Virus record (IMG/VR): IMGVR_UViG_3300044712_000982
Span: 1-21,372 of that record
Length of the DNA stretch: 21,372 nt
Direction: 5' to 3' (one strand)
DNA from: a virus
Positions within the stretch are counted from its first letter, which is position 1. Each line of letters opens with the position of its first letter. Positions 7,624-13,646 of this stretch are shown piece by piece. Below the pieces are notes generated by a model. It was given only the letters and a program-made list of their open reading frames with translations, was not told the origin of the DNA and searched no databases. Made by a program: the position numbers and the translations under genes.

Positions 7624-7658
7624 ATCCACCGTTCGCCAACAACTCAAAAGGCACCATC

Positions 7659-7859
7659 ATGACCCTGCCCGGACTGCGCCGTACAACGTCCGCAACCGCC
7701 GAGATCCGCGCGCTCCGCGACGAGATCGCCGCACTCCGGGCCGAGGTCTCCGAGTTGCGAGAACGGGTGACGCCGAAACCGGTCGTCCGGCAGGCGCCAG
7801 GCATCGAGCGGGTTTGCGAGTGGGGGCCGTCGACCTATGCGGCGTCCCGGCGACGCTGA
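7659..7859 (+). CDS. Small coiled-coil protein
   Basis: EIRALRDEIAALRAEVSELRE heptads; AAAGG RBS. Confidence 0.6.
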   Translation: MTLPGLRRTTSATAEIRALRDEIAALRAEVSELRERVTPKPVVRQAPGIERVCEWGPSTYAASRRR

Positions 7860-8080
7860 GCGGCGATGACGCGGCGTAGCCCAGCAAGCCGTACGAACAC
7901 TTCGCGCCGGTCGGTGGCGTTGCCGCGCGCATCGAGCACGTAGCCCGAGCACCACGCGAACCCGTCGGCGGTGACCGGTCGGCCGACGGAGATCAGTTGC
8001 ATCCGGATGGCCCGGCCGCCCGAGAACTGCACGGACGCCGCCTTGCCGACGGTGACCGTGTCGCCCGGCCTAGGTGGCAT
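7835..8080 (-). CDS. Conserved Micromonosporaceae-type hypothetical protein
   Basis: PRPGD...AASVQFSGGRAIR...DGFAWCSGYVLDARGNATDRREVFV matches a family I recall from Micromonospora/Actinoplanes genomes (recalled, not searched). Confidence 0.7.
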   Translation of the reverse strand: MPPRPGDTVTVGKAASVQFSGGRAIRMQLISVGRPVTADGFAWCSGYVLDARGNATDRREVFVRLAGLRRVIAAQRRRDAA

Positions 8081-8306
8081 GGACGATCCGGCCGAGTGCC
8101 GCATACAGCAGCCGAGCGGATGCCACGTCGAGCGTGACGGCGTTCGCCGCGAGGGTCACGCCAGCCTCGACCTGGACGCCGTAGTCGGTGCGGCGGAGCC
8201 GGACGGTGCCGATGCCGTCTGCGGCTTTGGTGGTTGACCATTCGCCGACGCATCGATGGGTGTGGGCGCATGCGCCGGTACACCATGTTGGGCATTCGAC
8301 TGGCAC
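8070..8306 (-). CDS. Hypothetical protein (CPxWC...H, DUF6907-like)
   Basis: AGGAGG RBS before the GTG; CPTWCTGACAHTH. Confidence 0.6.
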   Translation of the reverse strand: MPVECPTWCTGACAHTHRCVGEWSTTKAADGIGTVRLRRTDYGVQVEAGVTLAANAVTLDVASARLLYAALGRIVHAT

Positions 8307-8440
8307 GAGGCCTCCTGGTTGCGGCGACGGGACTCCCTAGGTGCGCGGCACGGCCGCAACGCTTCGTGGTCCGCGCACTCCCGAGGGTAGATGGGGTCGC
8401 TCCCCACGTGCACGAATGTCACTCGATCGTGGCGGGGGAT

Positions 8441-8596
8441 CTACGCGGCGTGACGGCGCACTGATTCCAAGCCCGCCCGAACCAACTCGCGGACAGCCGC
8501 CGCCGTCGGCACGTGACGGGCCTCCGCGTACGCCTCGATCGCAGCCTTCAGCTCGGTGCTCATGCGCACCAGCATCGCCGTGTCGAGTCGTTCCAT
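8441..8596 (-). CDS. Ribbon-helix-helix (CopG/Arc-like) regulator, 51 aa
   Basis: Hand translation MERLDTAMLVRMSTELKAAIEAYAEARHVPTAAAVRELVRAGLESVRRHAA: beta strand, helix, turn, helix. TACGCT -10 (8604-8609) lies 7 nt before the ATG. Below the ORF-track size cutoff. Confidence 0.75.
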   Translation of the reverse strand: MERLDTAMLVRMSTELKAAIEAYAEARHVPTAAAVRELVRAGLESVRRHAA

Positions 8597-8603
8597 GCAG
8601 GCC

Positions 8604-8666
8604 AGCGTACTCCGATCGGACGGAAACCGCTATCGGCTAGCTATCGGCCGACGGTTGGTGTACTGT
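8604..8666. promoter_or_regulatory. Divergent promoter region for the RHH gene (left) and the Y RNA/Ro60 operon (right)
   Basis: Rightward -10 TACTGT (8661-8666) sits 8 nt before the first Y RNA. Palindrome TCCGATCGGA (8611-8620). Direct repeat GCTATCGGC at 8629 and 8640. Confidence 0.55.
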
Positions 8667-8674
8667 CAGTCTCA

Positions 8675-8759
8675 GCACTTCCGGTGCGAAGCCACCTCGG
8701 GTACTTCAAACTCCAAATTTGACCCATTCCCGAACCGGCAACCTTGACCTCGGAGGCGC
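8675..8759 (+). ncRNA. Y RNA-like unit 1, with an apical tRNA-Trp(CCA)-like anticodon stem-loop
   Basis: The 5' and 3' ends pair. GGTGCGAAG/CTTGACC Ro-type helix. Inner TCAAA-CTCCAAA-TTTGA (8706-8722). Lies upstream of Ro60. Confidence 0.75.
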
Positions 8760-8774
8760 AACAACTTCATACAC

Positions 8775-8845
8775 GCACCTTCCCGGTGCGCAGGTCCGGA
8801 CTTCTTCCGCTTGAAAAAAGCCGGACCACTTTGATCTCGGGAAGG
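8775..8845 (+). ncRNA. Y RNA-like unit 2, apical loop containing CTTGAAA (tRNA-Ser(UGA)-type anticodon loop)
   Basis: CCTTCCCG/CGGGAAGG terminal stem; GGTGCG/TTGATCT; GGTCCGG/CCGGACC inner stem. Confidence 0.75.
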
Positions 8846-8858
8846 AACGACATCGGGT

Positions 8859-8999
8859 GCGTGCCCGGTGCGAATGTCTGGACTTCTTCTCCTTTTAAGA
8901 GGGTGGTTGCGGGTTCGAGTCCCGCCGGTGACCTCGGTCGCTGTAGCTCAATGGCAGAGCGCCAAACGAAACGCCAGGCAGACTTGATCTCGGGCACGC
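8859..8999 (+). ncRNA. yrlA: YrlA-type Y RNA with a circularly permuted tRNA-Lys(UUU)-like domain
   Basis: GCGTGCCCG/CGGGCACGC stem and GGTGCGAA/CTTGATCT helix. T arm GCGGG-TTCGAGT-CCCGC (8909-8925), then a loop-closed 7-bp acceptor (8926-8943), then TA plus D arm GCTC-AATGGCA-GAGC (8944-8960). T-before-D order next to Ro60 defines YrlA. Confidence 0.9.
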
Positions 9000-9010
9000 T
9001 CACCAACGCC

Positions 9011-9044
9011 GCTCCCTCCCGCAGCCCAGCGAGAGGGAGTTTTT
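9011..9044 (+). terminator. Terminator-like hairpin that also sequesters the Ro60 Shine-Dalgarno
   Basis: GCTCCCTC..CGC/GCG..GAGGGAGT stem followed by TTTT, ending 1 nt before GTG 9046. Confidence 0.6.
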
Positions 9045-9045
9045 C

Positions 9046-10650
9046 GTGTCCAAATTCAACCGTCCCGGAACGCGCGTAGCCACCGGCAGTGGACCGATCG
9101 TCGCCGAGCGTACCCCGTCAACCGTCACGCACGAGGGTGGCGCCGGATACCTCCGCGATACCAAGAGTGAGCTGTTCCTTCTCGCGGTCAGCAACATGGT
9201 CGGAGAGAAGACCACATACGAAACGGCCGGCGACCGCGACGATCGGTACGCCACCCTGGTCCGGAAGGTGGCCGTGGATGACCCGGCGTGGATGCTCCAG
9301 TTCCTGCGCTGGCTCCGCACCGACGGCAACATGCGTTCGGCGTCACTCGTCGGTGCCGCGGAGTCGGTCAAGGCGCGCCTCGACGCGAAGCTCCCGTCGA
9401 TCCCCGCATACGAGGTTTCCGGATTCACGACGGACCGCGGCGTCGAGCGGACGATGATCGAAGTGGTGTGCCAGCGCGCTGACGAGCCGGGCGAGATGCT
9501 GGCCTACTGGACGTCGCGGTACGGCCGGAACCTGCCGAAGCCGGTCAAGCGCGGACTCGCCGACGCTGCGGCGCGGCTGTACACGCCGTACGCCCTACTC
9601 AAGTACGACACCGTGTCGCACGGAGTCCGGTTCGCCGACGTGCTGGAGTTGGCCCACGTCACCGGCACACACCCGTCGATCAAGGGGACGGAGCAGGGCG
9701 CGCTATTCCAAGCCGCGCTGGAGCGACGCCACGGCCGCGCCGAGATCACCCCGGTTCCGATGCTGCTGGCGAACGCGGCGCTGCGGAAGGGTGCCGCCGA
9801 GGATCCGTCGGTGCTGCTGGATGCGCAGCGGCTGCGCGAGGCCGGCATGACATGGGAGGACGTCCTCTCGCTTGCCGGACCGAGGTTCGACAAGGCGCGG
9901 CTGTGGACCGCCCTGATCCCATCGATGGGCTACATGGCGCTGTTGCGGAACCTGCGCAACTTCGACGAGTCTGGCGTGCCCGACGACGTAGCGCTCGGCG
10001 TCGCCGCGCGACTCGCAGACCCGGCCGAGGTGGCCAAGTCGAGGCAACTGCCGATGCGGTTTCTGTCCGCGCACAAGGCCGTGTCGTCGCTGCGGTGGGG
10101 CCACTACCTGGAGCAGTCACTCAACCACTCGCTCGGAAACGTGCCGACCCTCACCGGACGCACGCTCATCCTCGTGGACGTGTCCGGGTCGATGTCCTGG
10201 TCAATGTCGGACCGGTCGGAGCTCAACCGCGCCGAGTCGGCCGGGATCTTTGCGTCGGCGCTGGCGCTGCGGGCCGAGAACCCGACCATGGTGTGGTTCA
10301 ACGGCGTCTCCGGTCAGATTGCCGTGCCGAAGGGTGGCGCACTACTGCGGGTCGCACGGTCGATTCCACAGCCCGATGGCGGCACCTATACGGCGAACGC
10401 GCTGCGCTGCTGGTACGACGGGCATGACCGGGTCATCGTCGTCACGGATGAGCAGTACCACGGCGACAACCCGTCCGGCGCGATCCCGCAGTCGACTCCG
10501 ATGTATACATGGAATCTTGCTGGCCACCGGGCCGGCTCGACCCCGACGACGGCGAACCGGATGACATTCGGGGGGCTCACTGACGCGATGTTCCGACTGA
10601 TTCCCCTGGTCGAGTCCGGGCGTTCGGGGGTGTATCCCTGGCAGTCCTGA
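9046..10650 (+). CDS. rsr: Ro60 ortholog (TROVE plus vWA domain RNA-binding protein)
   Basis: 534 aa with TROVE motifs THEGGAGY, ELFLLAV, GNMRS, LLKY, MTWE, MGYMALLRNLRNF and RQLPMRFLSA; vWA MIDAS LILVDVSGSM...GGT...VVTDEQ. Confidence 0.95.
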   Translation: MSKFNRPGTRVATGSGPIVAERTPSTVTHEGGAGYLRDTKSELFLLAVSNMVGEKTTYETAGDRDDRYATLVRKVAVDDPAWMLQFLRWLRTDGNMRSASLVGAAESVKARLDAKLPSIPAYEVSGFTTDRGVERTMIEVVCQRADEPGEMLAYWTSRYGRNLPKPVKRGLADAAARLYTPYALLKYDTVSHGVRFADVLELAHVTGTHPSIKGTEQGALFQAALERRHGRAEITPVPMLLANAALRKGAAEDPSVLLDAQRLREAGMTWEDVLSLAGPRFDKARLWTALIPSMGYMALLRNLRNFDESGVPDDVALGVAARLADPAEVAKSRQLPMRFLSAHKAVSSLRWGHYLEQSLNHSLGNVPTLTGRTLILVDVSGSMSWSMSDRSELNRAESAGIFASALALRAENPTMVWFNGVSGQIAVPKGGALLRVARSIPQPDGGTYTANALRCWYDGHDRVIVVTDEQYHGDNPSGAIPQSTPMYTWNLAGHRAGSTPTTANRMTFGGLTDAMFRLIPLVESGRSGVYPWQS

Positions 10651-10661
10651 GCGGTAAACGT

Positions 10662-10693
10662 AGGCGGCCCCCGGCTTCGGTCGGGGGCCGTTT
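10662..10693 (+). terminator. Intrinsic terminator after Ro60
   Basis: GGCGGCCCCCGGC-TTCG-GTCGGGGGCCGTTT with a cUUCGg tetraloop. Confidence 0.8.
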
Positions 10694-10750
10694 GCCGTCC
10701 GTGTCGCATCGACGACTGCCCGCATCGACGGCGTAGGATCTTGGGCAAAG

Positions 10751-10866
10751 CTTCGGCCCGCAGAGCGCAAACTCTACGGGCCGTTGAAGAGCGGAGGCGA
10801 CCGCTCACCACACTGTTGGGTTCTGAGTCAACGGTAGCGCGGTCGCCTCCATCGATGCAAGGAGGC
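10751..10866 (+). promoter_or_regulatory. Structured 5' leader of the replication gene with alternative SD/anti-SD pairings
   Basis: Hairpin at 10754-10783. Perfect 12-bp stem 10793-10804/10839-10850. GCCTCC (10845-10850) is also complementary to the SD GGAGGC (10861-10866). Confidence 0.55.
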
Positions 10867-10873
10867 ACGCCGC

Positions 10874-11536
10874 GTGCGCGATGATGATCACTACGAGGAC
10901 GGCGACGATTACCGCCCATCCCCGATCGAATGGATGCAAACGGTCCGGCGGGCCAACATCCACCCCGAGCGTAAGGCCGCATGTCTGATCGTCGCTACCT
11001 ACGCTCACGTCGCCGACAGGCCGGACCTTGGCAAGGTACTCGGTGAGGGCATCTGCCCCGGCGTCGACCGACTAGCGCTCGACCTACGCCGCAGTGTCGC
11101 TACCGCACGGCGGCACCTGGAATGGATGCGCGACGTCGGGCTCATCGTGCTCATTCGTCGCGGAAACCGTCGGCGGCGGCAGTCTGACGAGTACCGCTTA
11201 GCGCTCTCCAACGACGCGCTCGCGAAGGCTGAGATTCCAGACCCCGACGAGTACAAGGAGTTGATCGGCTGCGCCAAGCAGCCCGACCGGGACCGCCACA
11301 AGGTACGCCGTGCGGCTCGACGACAGGACGGCGCAGCCGAACCGATTACCGCTCATGTAGTGAGCGGTAATGAGCCGATTACCGCTCAAAGTAGCGATGG
11401 ATTACCGCTCATCAGGAGTGAGCGCCCACCTATAGATGTAGACACCGACCATGTATCTATTACCGATCATGAAATGGTTGATCTTCGTACGGACCTCACC
11501 CTTTCGCGCGCGCGAGGCCCAGTGGAGAAAGATTAA
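10874..11536 (+). CDS. Winged-HTH replication initiator (lambda O-like position), probably truncated by a premature TAA (frame stays open to 11728)
   Basis: LIVATYA...CPGVDRLALDLRRSVATARRHLEWMRDVGLI...RRG...DEYRL (HTH_36-like); internal iterons; AAGGAGG RBS. Confidence 0.75.
   Translation: MRDDDHYEDGDDYRPSPIEWMQTVRRANIHPERKAACLIVATYAHVADRPDLGKVLGEGICPGVDRLALDLRRSVATARRHLEWMRDVGLIVLIRRGNRRRRQSDEYRLALSNDALAKAEIPDPDEYKELIGCAKQPDRDRHKVRRAARRQDGAAEPITAHVVSGNEPITAQSSDGLPLIRSERPPIDVDTDHVSITDHEMVDLRTDLTLSRARGPVEKD
11344..11469. repeat. Iteron cluster / putative replication origin inside the rep gene
   Basis: GATTACCGCTCA at 11344, 11377 and 11400. Inverted TGAGCGGTAAT at 11361 and partial TGAGCG at 11419. 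Variant ATTACCGATCA at 11459 within an AT-richer tract. Confidence 0.75.
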
Positions 11537-11740
11537 TCTCCCATCAGAGGTCAGCAACAACCGGCCGAGCCGCCTACCGGCGACCGGCCGGCACGAGCAT
11601 GCCGACCCGGCATCGGATGGTGCGTCGAATGCCACGCCACCAACGGCCAAGCCGTCCTCGCCGTCGACGCCGTCTCGGGCTCGCACTGCGCCCAGCACGC
11701 GCGCGGATTGCCGCTCACCGCGGCGTGAGAAGATCGGGCC

Positions 11741-11938
11741 ATGCACTACGCGCCAGCCGTCTACCGCCCGCGTCGCCGAAAGCTCACCCCCGAAGAGCTG
11801 GCGGCGCTGCCCAAGCTGTACCGCGACGGCTGGTCCATCCGCGCAATCGCCAAGTGGCACGACCAGGCCTACAGCACCACGCAGGCCAGGCTGGTCCGGG
11901 CCGGCGTCCAGTTCCGGCCGAAACGCGGCGGCAGCTAG
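11741..11938 (+). CDS. Small HTH DNA-binding protein
   Basis: LYRDGWSIRAIAKWHDQAYSTTQARLVRAGVQFRP. Confidence 0.8.
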   Translation: MHYAPAVYRPRRRKLTPEELAALPKLYRDGWSIRAIAKWHDQAYSTTQARLVRAGVQFRPKRGGS

Positions 11939-12141
11939 CGCACCACGCGCAGCTCCGGCCGTACGGCATCCGCAACCTCGGAGCCCTCGCGGATGCCCTC
12001 AGCGCGCCCGTACGCGCGCGACTCATCCACCAGCACCATCAGCCGGCGCAACATCACCTCGTCGCGCCGTGCGGCCGTGAGCGCCCACCACGCCCCGGCC
12101 GCGACACCAACCACAACGCCCGCTGTGAATCTCCACCCCAT
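11935..12141 (-). CDS. Small membrane-anchored protein
   Basis: N-terminal TM segment FTAGVVVGVAAGAWWALTA; downstream of the repressor. Confidence 0.55.
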   Translation of the reverse strand: MGWRFTAGVVVGVAAGAWWALTAARRDEVMLRRLMVLVDESRAYGRAEGIREGSEVADAVRPELRVVR

Positions 12142-12176
12142 CTGATCATCATCGCTGGTGGGGCGCCTGAATCCGG

Positions 12177-12647
12177 TCAGGCTGGCTCTGAAAACAGATC
12201 AAATTGGCGTGGCATCGTCGACTGCAACCGCAGCCGCTCATGCGCCCAGTCCCGCGACATCCGCAACTGTGCCAACATCTGCGCCCGCCCCGCAGCGTCC
12301 AGCTTCGGCCACGCATCCGACAACTCGCGCAGCTCGGCCGGATCGTCGCGACGGTCACGCTCCGGGGGCCACATCGCCAGATACGCCGCCGCCGCATCAC
12401 CGCGCCCGGCCGCCCGGAGATCGTCGGGGGTGAGGTCGACGACCCTCGCCATTTTGGCGATCGTGTGCGGCTTCATCCCGTTGCGGCTGCGGTAGCGGTC
12501 GCCGGTCGGGCCTGGCTCGTAGTTGGCCCAGGTGGCGCCGGTGAGGCCGGCTCGGCGGCCAGACTCGGTCAGGCTGAGGCCGAGTCGTTTACGGGCGCTG
12601 TGGAGCAGCCACGCGACCCGCGGGGTGCCCTCTGATCGTCCACTCAT
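12177..12647 (-). CDS. XRE-family HTH immunity repressor
   Basis: LHSARKRLGLSLTESGRRAGLTGATWANYE...TIAKMARVVDLTPDDLRAAGRGDAA; divergent from a Cro-like gene. The start could lie upstream (12698). Confidence 0.8.
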   Translation of the reverse strand: MSGRSEGTPRVAWLLHSARKRLGLSLTESGRRAGLTGATWANYEPGPTGDRYRSRNGMKPHTIAKMARVVDLTPDDLRAAGRGDAAAAYLAMWPPERDRRDDPAELRELSDAWPKLDAAGRAQMLAQLRMSRDWAHERLRLQSTMPRQFDLFSEPA

Positions 12648-12710
12648 CGATCGATCATCGCATGTAGACGTGTGAATAAGTGAGCGAAGTTTGGCCACCT
12701 TTGAGGACCC

Positions 12711-12777
12711 GTAACACTTCAGGTGCGAATCTCTTGGAAATCCGCTGGGATTCGCTGGCGTCCGCTAGACTTGGCTC
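12711..12777. promoter_or_regulatory. Lysis/lysogeny switch region with operators and a leaderless cro promoter
   Basis: TAGACT -10 (12766-12771) 6 nt before the ATG. TYCGCTRG repeats at 12741, 12751 and 12761. Imperfect inverted repeat GCGAATCTC/GGGATTCGC. Confidence 0.55.
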
Positions 12778-12990
12778 ATGACCGGGACACGAACACTCGC
12801 CGAAACGGTCAACGACCTGCGCAAACAGCGCGGACTCAGACAATCCGACCTCGCGCGGCAGGCCAACCTGTCGCCCAGCTACGTCAACGAGATTTGCGGC
12901 GGACTGAAGGTCAACCTTTCGGCCAAAACCCGCGACCAACTCGCCAGAGCGCTCAACGTCCAACCGGACGCACTCGGCGACGTCGCATGA
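12778..12990 (+). CDS. Cro-like XRE HTH protein
   Basis: LRKQRGLRQSDLARQANLSPSYVNEICGG...QLARALNV. Confidence 0.85.
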   Translation: MTGTRTLAETVNDLRKQRGLRQSDLARQANLSPSYVNEICGGLKVNLSAKTRDQLARALNVQPDALGDVA

Positions 12991-13000
12991 CAAAAAACGA

Positions 13001-13024
13001 GCGCCGCGGCTGCATCCGCGGCGC
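13001..13024. terminator. GC hairpin after cro (tR1-like, or a minus-strand terminator)
   Basis: GCGCCGCGG-CTGCAT-CCGCGGCGC preceded by AAAAAA. Confidence 0.45.
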
Positions 13025-13059
13025 CCATCACTCAACGATCAAATGACCTGGAGGGTCGT

Positions 13060-13257
13060 GTGAATACTAGCAAGATTCACGACCGTGACAATGATCAGTT
13101 CGTCGCACGGATCGAAGCCCTCGGGCTCGACCCCGACGAGATCGTCGAACTCGACCTTGGTTGCCACTCGGACCCTGCCGACGACGAATGGCACCAGGGC
13201 AACCCGCGAACCACGCTCGACCCGTCGTCGGTCGGCTACGGACGGGGCCGGCGATGA
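13060..13257 (+). CDS. Hypothetical protein
   Basis: GGAGG RBS; ATGA coupling to the next gene. Confidence 0.55.
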   Translation: MNTSKIHDRDNDQFVARIEALGLDPDEIVELDLGCHSDPADDEWHQGNPRTTLDPSSVGYGRGRR

Positions 13258-13646
13258 TCGGGCTCACCGTCGCCGAGGCCACAATCGCCGCGACGGCGAT
13301 CGACGCACTCAACCCCGACGCTCTCGACAGCTTCCTCGCTGAACTCCCCGAGGACGTGCGCGCGGCGGCCGGTGGCGTTGTCGCACGTGCACGCGCAGCC
13401 CGCCTGATGACCGCTGGTGAGGCGGAGACCGTCGCGGAGACCGCGGCGACCGTCCAACGCGTCCGTGATCTCCACGCTGCCAGCAGGAAGGCTGCCGGGC
13501 TGTACGTGCTCATGCTGCAAGCCACCGGCCCCGCCGCCACCGATTGCGGCGCGTCGGTTGCTGGGGCGGCGCGGATCCGACGGTGCGCAGAGGCCGCACT
13601 CGCCGAATACGACCGGCTCACGCCAGAGACGGCGGGTGTGCGGTGA
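13254..13646 (+). CDS. Ala-rich helical hypothetical protein
   Basis: Coupled at both ends; codon bias. Confidence 0.6.
   Translation: MIGLTVAEATIAATAIDALNPDALDSFLAELPEDVRAAAGGVVARARAARLMTAGEAETVAETAATVQRVRDLHAASRKAAGLYVLMLQATGPAATDCGASVAGAARIRRCAEAALAEYDRLTPETAGVR

Noticed and set aside
8887-8961. Canonical tRNA-Lys gene
   Set aside because: The arms are in permuted order (T before D), the acceptor stem is closed by a 4-nt loop with no CCA end, and the domain is embedded in a Ro-binding stem. Called as YrlA instead.
8675-8999. CRISPR array (recurring motifs with variable inserts)
   Set aside because: The shared motifs are short, paired 5'/3' stem elements, not 25-45 bp identical repeats; unit lengths vary widely; there is no cas operon.
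8744-9079. ORFs across the Y RNA array (8744..9079 +, 8767..9006 -)
   Set aside because: There is no RBS or codon bias; the region is explained by structured RNAs with compensatory pairing.
11599-12495. Long Arg/Pro/Ala-rich alternative-frame ORFs here and throughout the window
   Set aside because: These are typical high-GC shadow ORFs overlapping better-supported genes.
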